DNA of 64,000 nucleotides, from positions 9,489,129-9,553,128 of the forward strand of contig CM082576.2 in NCBI GenBank assembly GCA_040954595.2, given 5' to 3'. The notes under the pieces are model-generated. The model saw only the letters and a program-made list of their open reading frames with translations. It searched no databases and had not been told where the DNA came from. Made by a program: the position numbers and the translations under genes. The DNA comes from Balanoglossus misakiensis (taxonomy: Eukaryota > Animalia > Hemichordata). Numbering within the stretch: position 1 is the stretch's first letter; the number at the start of each line of letters is the position of its first letter. Positions 39,467 to 53,900 of the stretch are shown one piece after another.

Positions 39467-40440
39467 TCTTCTTTCTTTTCACTAACACAGCTTCTGTAAT
39501 CACAAAATAACCCATCATGGGGTGATGACAAAACGTGTGGGGTGTACAGATACCTTCTCCCTTGCACTGATAGGAAAACAATCACAGACAATGAAGATCT
39601 TGAGCTGTATGTAAAAAGACACCTGTTCCTTGCCTTACACTTATGTACATTCATGATCTCCCATGCAGTACACAACTACAAGGTTACTGTTCTTTTGTTT
39701 AAAAATGCAAATTTATGTTGTGATAATGGGCCAGTAATAAGTTGAATATAAAGTAATTATGTGAACATACTAGTAATCTTGGGTAAAGTAATAGTAATAT
39801 GACACATGTTATTTAGAACTACAACTTCAAGAGCATGCCCATTAGCCCACCACCACTCTTGGAGTGGACTTTATCATGACTACCAGGGTACGTCTAAACC
39901 GGCTGAATGAGGGCGCACATTTACATGACAACAATAAAAGCGGGGGATTTCGATAATGTGCGGAGTTTCTCAGACTCGTTTTTACCTACGATGGGTTGAA
40001 CTTGACTGATGAAGTACGGAATAACGATTCTACAACAGATTATTTGTAGAATAGCCAAGAACCATATGATTTTATTCCACCTTTCATCACAAATATGAGA
40101 TACACTGCAGTCAACATTTTGCAAGAGATTGTTTACTCGGAAGTGGGACCCCCTTGGGTACCTGTTGTAATCGAAACACTCAAGATGAAAATGTCGAATA
40201 CGTTTATATTTAGAGCTAAAGACATATTTTATCAGCACGCACGGAACCGATGCACAGCACATACAAAAGAGACAGTGGCACACCCGCACACACTTCATTA
40301 GAAAGCGTTTTTCAGTCGATCGACTCCAAGTTTTGGGGACAGGCGAGGACAATCATACTTCTGTTCATGGTGATCTCCGCAACAATTTTCCCACGAGAAT
40401 ACGTTCCTCCTAAACTCTTACTATGTCCCGTTACTCTTAC

Positions 40441-41287
40441 CTTACTTTACTACGTAATTTTCCAATTCTTGAAGGCTGGACGTCTCTTTAGAATACCATT
40501 TCGAAAACGCGAACGAACGAATAGTTGACGTGACGTCCTCTCGATGGGTCACAACGTCTGCTGACGATTTTTTGAATTTCGCGCAGGTCACAGAGAACGA
40601 CGTTTCTGATTGGTCGACATCAAGCCCTGTTGGACAGGAAATTAAATTCAAGGGGAAATGTTTTTTCTCCCAGAACAGTGCCTCTTTTTACTATATTCAG
40701 TACATCTATTAAGTTTTAGATGGTCTTGTAAATTTGAAATTCTTCAAATGAAAGTTTTTTCAGAGAATCGTTTATTCAATAACGGGCTCACAGGCCACAG
40801 GCTTGATTGGCATTCATTTCAAGTCACATGACTTGGGTTGGATTACATTTCTGGCATTCCGAGTTAGTGGACTCATCGCCGACTAATGGTATTGCCCAGT
40901 ATTCATCCTCCAGTGACGTTCGGATTATGACATTTGCAATATCTCGTGACTCAAGGCAGCAGGACATCCACGGATCTTAGGGATCTATCGATTTTGAGTC
41001 GAATGGTAGGCAGTGATCAACCCAGTATTTGGTGTGCCAGCTCGACTGCTTCACAAATTAGTCCAGCGGAAGGAGTGTATTTTGGTGTGCTGCGGCTCGA
41101 TTGACGAAGACTACTGACACAGTGTCTGTAAACTGTGTGTGTAGCTGTACAGACCATCTGATCAAAATAATAACACTATATAGGACGGTATATGCTGTTT
41201 GGAAGTTTGGATTTACCTTTAGATGGGGTGGTAGGGGAACTGCTTTGACGTTCTAGGACCAACTAATTCCTGGTTTGTCCTCATCTG
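40441..41287. promoter_or_regulatory. Putative bidirectional promoter and first non-coding exons of CENPF (-) and PTPN14/21 (+)
   Basis: CpG-rich stretch between the divergent genes. Strong minus-strand donor AAG|GTAAGA at 40441/40440 and plus-strand donor CTG|GTATGT at 41287/41288. Inverted CCAAT (ATTGG) at ~40609 and ~40806. TTTGAATTTCGCGC (CHR plus E2F-like) at ~40571-40584. Tandem TGACGT at ~40526-40536. TSSs are inferred, not observed. Confidence 0.6.
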
Positions 41288-44200
41288 GTATGTATCATTG
41301 TCTGTAACTTTATTCGACGATCGCCAGTTACTGTACGTACAGGCCATCACATAAGCATTGCTTTTCAGACCAGATCAGACCTTCGAATTTGATGTAGGAA
41401 GCCCTGTATATTCCGGTGTGTCTGCTACGACCGAAGTCGGTGATGGTATTTCCAGCGAATCTCATGTTTAAGCGGAACTTTCAGTGTCATTTATATGACA
41501 ACAAAGCGACTGTGATCGCTGAGGCAGTATGAGGTCTTCATGGATGGGTAAATTTATACCGTGTGAAAAGTCCTGTTGTCTCGAAACGGAATCCTGCTTC
41601 TATTTTCCTCGATATCGGATCGGATTGGTGGATGTCCGAGTTTGCAAAATACCACATCGCCCATCTGTTATTACACTTGGATTCTCTGGATATACTGTGT
41701 TTAGTCTCCAAGGAGAAACAAAACAACTGCCTTTATCTGCAAGATGCACCTATCACCATCATTACCACTATGTTATTATAGCGGTATGCGTACATCGGTT
41801 TTCTGACCAGATCCTGATCAGTATATCAGAAAGTGCCTGTAAAGTTTTAGAACATGAATATCGATAATCATGATGGAGCTCCCGATCGTAACGTCTGTAT
41901 TTAAACTCGCCTGGGATTACATGAAACAAACATGCTATGCCACCAGGTCATCAAAGTTTTACAATCTGTAGTAATATCAGGACAATTGAGTAGATCGATT
42001 CGCACTAATAATTAATGTTTACAACATAGACCCTCTGTTGGCAATCAAATCAAAGCGAGAAGCATGGGTGTGTAACCGTGTGTAACCTGTCAAAGTCAGA
42101 CACATGTAGTTTGTGGAAACATTTCGGGGTGTACGTGGTTTAGGAGGGGCCCATCCGCCATCCGCACAGTGCAAGGAGGAGGGGCATGTCCTCACACATT
42201 CATTCTCAACCCCTCCCAACCGCCGCGCCAGTGACTCAATACTTGAGCATTGGTTGTTGGGTTGCCTGCTGTGCTATCTATTAGGAAAGTGTAGACCACT
42301 ATTCCCACCAGGGTACTGTGTAGCAAGTACAGGTCAAATTCGCAGAGCAGTCCAAATCACGGGATGGAATTTGTACATACAAGTATGGACTATTAGTTTC
42401 TGTCATTGCCAGGTCAGAAAACATTATTCACAAAATCAGGGAATACATGTACATACATACATGTCTGAGTACATTTGCTCATCACAAGCCATCACATTCC
42501 TTGCAGTCTTTATTTCATGTACTGTACGAAGGGCTAGGCAACAGTGGTTGTGCAAGTGAATTCTATCCCTGATGGGGGGAAAAAATAGCTGAGATTCCTG
42601 ATTAAGTCATTATGTAAATGATACCAGGTAGTGAATATTTTTAATGCTAGCCTAACATTGTTAAAATTGATCCATATAACTATTTGACACACGGACAGTG
42701 ATGGTCACTCTTTGAAGGAGTGTTCTGTGTGCTAGTCTGGATTTGATGTGATATCTGCACTTGGACGCAGAGACAGGAATAGTGACACTTCAGAATGTTA
42801 ACTAGCTAATTGAGTGTCACTTTAACTTGTTTACCGAGATAACATGATTCCCTGCATGTGCCAAGGACCCCTGATTGAATTTAGTTTGTTTCTTCCCACA
42901 AATAAATGTACAGCATGGGGTCATCCATGTCAGTACAAATGATAGGTGGACACTGATACAGAGCTGCCCTCCTTGCAATACAGGGTAAAATCCCGGGTGT
43001 CAGACTCGGCCAAAATGCATGTAAATTGTTCAGAGAATATCAGTGGAATGGCTGTAAGAATAGATCGGCAAAATGGTATCAGGCTCTTCTGTTCTCATCA
43101 TCGAAGCCTATGGTTGAATTTTGTGAAGAAGATACTGACAGTTGACTGATGTCAACAATTCATGGGTTAATGACCTCTTCGGAGTGGTGAGACATCACAT
43201 AGGTTTGTGTGGGTTGGCGTTTTCACATCACACCCTGTGATCTTTCCCTGATGTCTGCAATCCTTCCAAACCCTGACATTTTCTATTTCCATCTATTAAA
43301 CCTACGTGCAACAACCTCTTATTTTTAGGCAAAAAATCAGTTTCAGACTTTTTAAAGGGGTCATCTGCTCCCCTATATCAAGGTAGGGATGTGCAATGTG
43401 TATTTACATACCCCAAACCAATGGTGTCTGTAAATGTACATATGATACAGATCATAGATGGTAATTACATGTACTGGTCTTATCATGGCTTTGAACTCAG
43501 CTACCATCTGCAAACTGTCAACACCATTCACAGTACTACCTGTAATAGAAATATTTCTGTTCGATCCGTCGTTACCATAACACAAGGTTTTGCAAAAGGC
43601 AAAATTTAAGCCTACAATTGCCAGAAGTTTCAGTTCTCTATTTTTGTTCCTGGAGACCATATTGGGAAACACGTCAGGGTTTGAAAGAGGGTTTTCATGG
43701 CAACAACTTCTATGCACCAATGTATGGGAAAATCCTTTGACTGTGACACTTTCCAATCAGTAGTCCAGCCTCCAGATTGGTTCTTGTTTTTCAGTGTGAA
43801 TGACTTCCATTGAAATGTACGCGATGCTTGGATCCCGTTTATTATAACCATCATTAGGTTCATGCATGAGTTGACACTCAAAATAATTCAGACGACATGT
43901 CTGTGAAACAGGTGACATATTGGTATCACTTCAAATTGAAATTGTCAACTCGCGTATTAATCCCTTGTGTTTCTGCGGAATACCTGAAATGCCACAAATG
44001 TCAGTTCATGTATTAAAATAGATTAATGAAACCCTACATTTGGAATGCCTTTATTCCAACATACTATAGATAAAATAAATTAAATTGAGAATGGAGCTAG
44101 AGTCAGATACATTAATTAGATGTTGTGTGAGATGATGGATGTTAAGCCAAGCTGAGGAAATATAATTGATGCGGGATGGAATAAATTGATTGTTTTCAAT

Positions 44201-44991
44201 GAAGTGTACTATATCAAGCATTGTGCCATAGTGGCAGTCTTGTATAGTTTTAGCTGGTACATGTAGTCTATACAGGTGTGCTTGCTGTTTGACAGTCAAA
44301 AAAGGTGTCAAGATCTTCCCCAGTTGTTCCTAGTATTTACAGTTTCTTTCCCCTCAGAGACAGAATATTAATTATAAATGTGTACTTGTGGTTGTAACTG
44401 ATGTATTGGAACTAATTAAATGATTGCTGCTTCATTGGCAAAAATTATGATTTTCAACATATACATGTACGCTGGTTGATTCAGAGCCACTGAACTTCTG
44501 CTAAAACTTGAGTTTTGAACATTGTAAGTGTGGGGTTATTGCGTCTTCAGGTGAAACGTTTCAGCACTTCCGTTTGACCTCTGTGGAATTTATCCTCACT
44601 AAAAGGGCTTTGTGGAACACAATGACTGAAGCCACCTTGTATTTCCCTGGTGAGAGCAGCTAGCCTTTCAATGTGCGACATTGTTGACATGCATGCTTTG
44701 GTATCTGAAAAATGTCTGATGTGCGAACATGTTTCATTATTTAAAAAAAAGGAATCAATGTAAGCTAATTTTGTTTGAATGTATGAATATTTCTTTTGGA
44801 ACAATTCCCGATGGGAATGTTACATTGTCGGAAGTAGATGTTTAAACTCATACACTGTCAACATGTGAACATGCAATGTACAGAGTCGCAAGATTTGACT
44901 TGTTTATTCTTTGTTGCAGATACCAGGTTTGGACGTCTCTAAAACTTTCCCAAATGCAGTCTGCAAGACGTAGTTAACACAGAAAACAATC

Positions 44992-47900
44992 ATGCCTTTT
45001 GGGCTGAAACTGAAGAAGACTCGACGCTACTATGTCTCCGGGAAAAATTCCTACGTTGCACGGATCCAGTTGTTGGACAGCACCATATTGGAGTGCACCC
45101 TTAGTCCGGAAAACTCGGGCAGTGATTGCTTGGCTATGGTGGCGCAGAAACTGCAGTTGGAAGAGGTAAGCAGAGAGAAAAAAAACGATTACCGTCATTT
45201 GACTTATGATTCCGATGACCTGCCCTGTCAAGAAATGAATGTCACTGATAAGTCAAGGCTTTGTCACGACCATGTGTTACTTTGTTTACAACCCTGACTG
45301 TATGTGTGGTGATTGACTAGTTTATTCACGAACATATGGTCGATTTGAGAAAAAAAAAGTCTTTGAAATAAGTCTTTGCTTTGTGTGATCAGAACCTTTT
45401 TCATTTTTCAGTTAATTCTCAACATTTTTTGCCAGCACAGAGATTATTGGCAAAATCTGTTATCATTTGACAATCTCTGTTATATCAAGTAGATAAAAAG
45501 AGTAACCATTGCCATGAGAAATATTTTCTTTGCACTGTCATATCATTGACAGGTGTTTTGACACTTGGCAATTTATGCATGTACATGAAGTCTTCAAAAT
45601 GTCAGTTCAGATAAAAAGTGAGTGAACAGTTTGGGTGGCAGTGTTTGTGATGTTGAAAATGTTGACACTACTGCCTGCCAAACCAAAATACTTCACATAT
45701 TTCATCTACCACATTGGGCAGAATTCTGCTTATAAATTTTGATAAAAAACATATCTGACAGAAAAAACCTAATTAAATCAAGAGCCTGTAAACTGTACTT
45801 TCTGACAAGAATCAATATTTTCTCGTTACAGAATGAGTATTTTGGATTGCAGTACATCAACAAGAATTACAAGCTGCGGTGGGTGGACCTGGACAAACCG
45901 CTGAAGAAGCAACTGGACAAAAATGCCAACGATCCCATGCTGCGGTTTGGGGTTATGCTGTATGCCTCAAACGTGAATAGCCTTCAACAAGAAATGACGA
46001 GGTTAGTTCATATACATACATACATACATAGCCTCCTTTACTAGAATCAATAAATGCATCGTCCGACTTGATTTTTGTGGGCAAGTATTGATTGCTGTTA
46101 ACTCTCGAAATGTGAAATACTGGCATGTGTCAAGCCAGTGCTAATAAAACGATTGCAGTTTTAATATTTAGGTGTATAGAACCACAGGCATCACTTCAGA
46201 TGCTGCTCTGCAGGGCCGTACTTATCATTCATTAGCCAGCAGCCCACACCTTGGGTCGGTATTTGCACTGATTAGTTCAATGTCTAATAGTCCATGGAAT
46301 GTTTGAATTTATCGCGGTGACCTTTCAACCCTGCAGCCTTGTTAACCCAGTTAATGTCAGATTATAACAGAACTCTGGGGTCTAATCTGTTTGGGATCAG
46401 GATTGCACATTTCTCCTACCCCCAGGACTACATGACAGTATGTCGTCAAGCGACGGGTTTATGTGTGGGGATAGCTTGCTGGTTCTCTCCGCAGCTATTT
46501 CAAATATGTCTCCATCTCTGTATCTAATAGTAATACATGTCGATAGTTGTGTTTTAGCCATCATTAATTGGTATTGACTTTGAATGCAAAAGCACATTTG
46601 ATAGTGTATTGACAAAAAGTTAAAGTGCAATTGGGGCAAATGTGTTGTTGAGAACGTACAAATGTAATAATAATCTGTAGGTCCACTTGCTACTGAAATG
46701 TTATACTGAGAAGTATGTTTTAATTTTCAGTTTGACCCCAACAAAGTGCATTGCAGAAATTGCTGTCAGGTCATTTTAATAGGATTCACATTCAGTGATA
46801 AGAAGGAATCGCATGTCAATTTGACTAGCCGTGCTTTGAGTAATATTAGAAAAGATTGACTGGGCTACACCAGGTATTTGAGAAAGTGTGCCTGACTCTG
46901 TATCAGTTGATGAAATCCTATTCGGACAAGGAGGAATTTAGTTACAGATCTTCCCGGTGGGATGTTCGGAAAATGTGTCACCGAATTGACCCCAGAGTGC
47001 CCCCTCCAAGTGTCCATTGCATTTGCTCATGTCACTTTTCACAGCTTGAAACGTACAGTATGATTGTATATCGGTCCAGAATAGCCCCCAAAAGGCCTGC
47101 GTACTTTGCAGCAAGCTCTCGGAGAGTCGTTCTGGAGTTGCCTGCACATTCCTGATGTAGAAATATGCCACAGTGACATATTGATCAATCTGTAGGTGAT
47201 CTGGGCATCATTCGCGACTTGCGAGTGACACCACATGTCATTGCTCAGAAATTCTACCTGGCTCACAGCCCCATCCACTTTCTGTACATGTACCTGTAAC
47301 TTTCTACTCCAAAGCGCCCCCCCCCCCCCCCCTCTTAATTCATGACCCCTGCTGACACCATGAACTCAGTATAACAAAGCCACAAATTATCCATCACCTG
47401 TTGCTGGCATTCTTGGGCCATTGTTGATTATCTCTCTCTCTCTCTCCACCACATTCAACACTGTGCGTCCCTACACAAATAGCATTCTTTTTAGGAGACC
47501 GGGGAAAAAAATCCAATGAAATTCCAAGCGTACATGTACATGTATGTTCTTTCCCTGTTCTGTTCTCACACTGTTGCTACTAATAATTATTAAAAAAAGC
47601 CTCCATTGAACGACTTCCCAAAAGACTTTTTTACCTGTTGTGTCAACAGCCTGATTTATGGCACACACACAGCAACCTGTACATTGCATTGTGTGCCAGT
47701 GGCGATGGTGGGCACCCCATTGTTTACCCCCCAAATAACCTGGCCTTGTTTAAAAATAGCCACTCCTTCCTTCCCCCCGATTTGCCTGTCAAATCAAAAG
47801 AGACTCCGTGATGAATGTCTCGGAACAAGAGCAAAGTGCAGGATGACAAAGCAGGGAATTCCAGGAATGTCCGAAGGATTGTCATGCAAACAAAAAAGCA

Positions 47901-50900
47901 CAGAAAATTAGCAATGCACCGTGTTGTAAAACAAACCGGGCTCTGGGTATTCCCTTGAAATCGCCACGCAGGGACACTCAGTCTGTTTGCTCTTTGTGTT
48001 TGGAAACCTGAGTAAAGAAAATTATCTGGAGTGAGGTACAAGGTTCCCTTCAGAGAGAGATGCATGTAGCAATACATTGGATTCTGTTGTACTATAATTC
48101 CAGGCATTGCAGAACCAAAATTGGAATGCTTACGTGTAGCCCTCCAGGTGCTCAGTTGTCTGCTGACATTCATTTCAAAGAATTGTGCAGGTCCCTGAGA
48201 AGCTGGGAGAGGGGGGGGGGGGGACATATATACCGTATTTGTACACTCCAACAAATTATTTCTGCAGAGCAAAAAAAAAATTGAAATCTGTCCCTCACTT
48301 TAGTCTTGCAGCTACATATTTTGCTCTTGAAGTTTTTTTGTCGCCTGACTGCCTTTATCACATGAGCACTTGGCTGGTCCGAACATGTTGGAATGTTGTC
48401 AGGTCTGAACCTTGCAGTGTGCGAGAGTCGACAAATTCCTTGCGTGTGGGTGTTTTGTACTGTGTTACACAAGCAGGTGGAGCTCTTTGTTGTCAGTTAA
48501 CTAGGTCAGACTTCTATTTCCAACCACTGTTCTCCTTTAAGGATTTCTCTTGTCATTCCCTGAACCTGAAGCTAAACCGTGAAGACCATGAGTGTGCAAC
48601 TTAAAAATAAAAGAAGGTCAAATACATGTAATGATATTAATGAAAAGTAATGTCCACCCTGTTTGGAAAAATATGGTATTTGAATCACAGAATTGACAGA
48701 ATACTGTTGCACAAGTTGAAATATTCAATGAATTCGAAAGGTTGACTTGTGCTCAGTATGTCCTTAACATAAAGAGACGCATGGTACATGTACATGTAGT
48801 GTTTATGGAGATTAACGTTCGATGATGTCATCCACGTAATCGTGCGGCACCAGTTGATATGAGCTCTTGAGCGTAAACATAAATCTAATTTTATCTCTGC
48901 CTCTTGCAACAGGTGTTGCGTATGGTGCAATGGATTCCTATTGGAATAAAATAGATGTAACTCAACTGTCAGTTCTGCAGTGGGTGCATGTGTATCTCTG
49001 TAATGATTGACTGAAATGTCCTACTTTTTGCATGAACCGATTCATTTGCATAATGTAATAATTATTCAGTTCTCATCTGCTCCTATGACATGGGGGGATG
49101 GCTCTTTGCTTCTCATAATTTACTGCAAGGTGGTGTTAAGACGTTTAATGAAGGTGTATAGTAATAGTAGGGTTTATCCATGTGTAGACTTGAGCTCTAT
49201 GCATGTACGTGAGGTATTGGATAAGCCTACAGTTTGTCTGATATATGTATGCCATACATAGACTCTACAGGCAGACTGTCCATCCTCTTCAACTTCCCTT
49301 ACGCTGTAATTTATAGTGAACACCATTTACCATTGTGTCTCATTTTTTAATTCCAGATATTTGTATTTCTTGCAATTGAGAAGTGACATCATTGAAGGCA
49401 TACTGCCGTGCAGTCCAGAGCAAGCTGTGTTGCTGGCAAGTTATGCAGTGCAAGGTACCATATTACACCATCCACTCACTTCTAGTGTCTTCTCACACAG
49501 GAGACTGTATGTATGGGACAGTATTTGTCTAATCTCATCTCTCCAGATAACAACCGAGAGATATGCCGGTTTCTGACATCAATCTGCCACTTGAAAGAGG
49601 CAGTTTAGTTTCAGTACCGCCACCTCGGGGTAATGCGTACCCCGTATATCCACATTCTTGAAATATCAAGTTGTCAGCATTGTCTGCGCCTCAAACGCCC
49701 GCTGGGTTTGCTAATCAGACTGCTAATTATAATATTGATATTCAAATCCGTTTCGCAAATTACACCGCAAATTTTGACACTCCTTTGGTTTGTCATCAGT
49801 GCCTCTGATTAGCGGAATGTAGTCGATGATACAGGCCCCGATCACTGCCCTGTGTCTGTGGCTGGTCGGACCGCTACAGATGCATGTATCGATGTCGACC
49901 GCACTGTGTGTGGTATAAATCTGTTGTTGTGCGTCGTCTCATGTGTGTCTGTGTCTCTTCTTCTATTTCAGCGGAATTCGGAGACCATGCTCCGTACACC
50001 CACACCGTGGAATTTTTGAAAGATTTCGTGATCCTGCCAAAGGCAAGTCAAAACGATAAATTAAAATCAATGAGAAGGTTATGACAAATTTATTTTTAAA
50101 AGATAAAGCATGTCGAGAGACGGGGATGTACATTTTGTGTCTTACTACGAAATGTAGAATTATCAAAACCTCGTCTGTCATTCTTTGTGAAAACCTTGCT
50201 CCCCCCTTTCATATGAAGAGCGCAAGTTACATGTTGGTGTTGGATGGCGTCTTTTTTTCACATACTTGAATCTCCACTGCAGTCGGGCATTTCACTTGTG
50301 TTCAGGAATGAGGTATCCCGGTGTAATGCCAGTGACCGAGGCAGACTGAAAACATGACACCAATCTCATTCATGTCAAAGGGCAGCGTCAGAGTCCACTG
50401 ACAAACCACAAGCCAGAAATACCAGAAAGATGTTGTGAATTTACAGGTCATAGGTCATATGAGAGTGACGCTGCCCTGCGCGCTCAAGTGCATGGGAGAT
50501 ATAATCTTGCCTGCATACTTTCAACTTTTTTAAAGGGACAGTAACTGTAACTTTCAATGCCTATATTTTTCACCAGAATCTGACGAGCGAGGCCGACTCG
50601 CTGACGGAGCTGACTCAGGAAGTTGCCAACCAGCACAGAAACCACCAAGGTATGCCGCCAGATGTAGCAGAGCAGGCGTACATCACGGAAGCCTCCCAGC
50701 TGGACGGCTACGGCCAGGAGAGCTACCCGGCAAAGGTAGGTTGCAGAACTCCCTGTATTCTGCAGGTGCCAACAAGTGAATATCCTGGTATAGAACTCGA
50801 TTTCCGCGAAGTATTTCCGAGATACCAGTACTAATAGCATTTCAATACAGGTCATTTGTTCGGATATTGTGTTAGCATAAGGAGGCAGGCAGTACGGGTA

Positions 50901-53900
50901 CTATTGTCACCTTAGCATGCAGGCTTTGGTTCACTCCATACGGCACAGCAGTGCCTTTTTCAGCAGTTGTTCAGCATTTCTTGAGAGAAGGAACATGTCA
51001 GAAAAATTGATATGTTCTGTCATTGAAATGGGGAGGGGGGCATAAATGGTGGGAAAATTCATAGCTGTGAAAGCCAGCTGGTTAATCCCTGAACAATGCC
51101 CGAAGCAATTCTCCATTATATTTGATGCAGCTTTCTAATACAATTGACTAATTAGTGTATAAATGGAAGACGTCTAGTCCACATTTACAAATAGATATTT
51201 AAAAATTGTGCCATTATTTACCTCGTGTCCAACAATTGCAGGTATTGAAAAATAAAACAAGAGAGAAAAATTCTACTATAGGCAGGTTTGGGCGTGTTAT
51301 GCCATTGTTTTATTATGTAGGAGATTAAATGTTGTGATAGCAAGTCTGTGGGTGGCACAGATAGGTATGCTTTTCTGGTTCTGCCGTGGGGAATAGTTGA
51401 AAATTTAAATTCAGATTTGTTTTATTTTGTGTATTAGTGATGTGTACCTGTGTTGATAGACATGTTTGGGTGGTGGTGTATCATTTTGTTGAAGATGGAT
51501 ACTTAAGCACACAAAAACAGAGTCCATGTGTTAGAAGGTTATCACGACTAGATCAAGGCACTTGGAGGGGGCGTTCGATCAAGCAATAAAAAATATTGCC
51601 AATATATCTGTATTGAAGTGCATATTTGCTGAGGTCTGGGTAAATTTGCTGCGTTTTCAACCCCGACTACAATATTTTCCTGAAAGTGTCACCGTGACAA
51701 CAAGAAATGTTGAAACGACTCTGGTCAGATGGATATCCGAGAGCAGGCCAGGGTACCGGGCATGCACGTATAGGAATTCACCTATTTACGCGAGCAGATT
51801 GATATTTGATAAAGCGACACACTGCTGTTTGCCGAGTTTCATGGAAATATTTTTACGACCCCCTCCGGTGACCTCCTTACAAACCCAAATGACAGAATCT
51901 TCCATGCACAACACAGACTCACGCTGTGAAAATAATAACCCTGTCATATCAAGTAAAAAAACAAGCTGATTTTTTTTTTTTTTTTTTTTTCACAGGATGA
52001 ATCTGGAAATGATTTGCTGTTGGGGGCCTCGTTTCTCGGCATAAGTGTCAAGCACTTAAATGGGCAACCCACGGTCTATTTCAAGTAAGTGACCCCTCGT
52101 GACCTTGTGGTCAAGTTTACTCAGAGTAACATAAACTTTTAACGCCATCACCGTCAATTACATGTACATGAGGGGTTTTATACGAGATGCCTTGTGTGTC
52201 AAATTTGTAGTGCTTTCCTGTGCACATTGCAGGTTTGATTTTGGAGAGATTTTATTTTTTGTGCAAATCACTCCAACTCACTGCTGAGCTATTTTACTTC
52301 TTGTCTCGTATTCCAGTATCAGCATATCTGATCAAAATGGACTTCCCCATCCGCGAGGCTCACATATCTCGGTCCCCAGATACCATACTTTAATAATCCG
52401 ATATATATAAGTCAGTAGTACACTTGAATGAATTTTGCCCATATTAAGTGTTGAGGCACATAATTTTAACCGGCCGCGTAATCTCTGATATGTCTGCATA
52501 CTTCCAGATGGAATGATATCAAGCAACCGGTGCACAACAAGAGACTGTTTGGTATTGAGACCGTGCGTTCCCAGGACACCATTCAGTTTCAGATGGAGGA
52601 CGCGGAGACGGCCAAATATGTCTGTCGCATGTTTCTCACCAAGCATAAATTCTACAAGCATAGCATGGATGCAATGCAGTAAGTGTTGGTTGTCAGGGAA
52701 ACAGAAACGTACCTAGCAAAATTCCATGCGTGTATTACTGCATTGAGTAATAATGCTTCGAATGAAATGGATGCATATGGCAATTTACTTTCATGGTGCA
52801 AAATTGTGGAAATTTCCATGTACATTGCAGTGCCCGAAGGAAAGTTGTCATCAGCAGATTTTAGTTAAACTGCGTGGTGATATAGTCCGGTGGTTGGGCC
52901 ATTAAGTATTCCAATAAAAATTGAATTGTGTGGAATTTTTATGAGAGAATGTCTGAATGATTGTCGCTGTGTGCAAATTTCAGTTGGAAAATAGACCAGC
53001 TTTTAACGCTGTACAATAAAAAAAATTGAATATCGTGGAATTTTTACGAGACAGATGGTCCATGCGAGTGCTGTGTTTGTGGTGTGTCTGTCTCTCGTTG
53101 CAAATCTGGACAAGTATCTTTCTTGTTACAGGGGCAGGAAGGAAGCATCTCTGGACGGTGGGAGGCTGATCACAAAGTCAAGTTTCCCAATTCCACTTCA
53201 GAGGAAACCCACACTGACCAGGAGGTCAGCCGAAAAGGCCCAGGATGAAATCCTGGCGTTCACCCATGCCAGAACCAATAGTTTACAAAGTAAGTGAACA
53301 GCAACAGTATATTAACAGCTGTGTGTTTGTTTTGCACTTTATCTCAGGAGTCAAACATGTCCATGGCTGTAGGCATGATTGAGGTTGATACACTGACACT
53401 ATGCTCATATATATGCAGACAGTTTCTTATTAAAATTGTTTAGTTATACATTACATAGTACATGTACATACTTTTCTTTAGTAATTCTTATTTTTTGTGT
53501 TTGATGTTTTTTTCTCTAGATTTTCTGTTGATAATTTCTGATTTTATCTCGAGAAATCCTGTACCATTAACTTGTGCCAGATGTTCACTTTGTTTTCATA
53601 TTTCTATTTCCAGATAGAATAACGGTTCAGCCCGAGGAGGGCCAGTTCACCCAGTCACAGCTCAGCCTAGATGGGCCGACCATAGAACACGCCTACAGCA
53701 ATGGCGGACTGGCTGTCGTCGACGGCAGCGGCAGCGTCTACAGCGCACCCAGCACCAACTCCCTCAACCAGGGCCATTTTATGCACGCATCGCCGGCGTC
53801 TTCCAATCCCAGCATCGCCAGCAGCGAGCCGCCCAGGCACACGCCGACGTCTGCCCTCCCCCAGTACCGGCCGTCTCCCGATTACAACGAGGCGCTGGTG

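Noticed and set aside
41529-49261. Short ORFs in PTPN14 introns (e.g. 42113-42559, 47724-48272) as nested genes
   Set aside because: No domain similarity, no coding-like composition and no consistent splice structure.
52912-53056. Imperfect ~45-bp direct repeat (CAATAAAAA..TTGAAT..GTGGAATTTTTA.GAGA)
   Set aside because: A small degenerate intronic duplication with no evidence of function.
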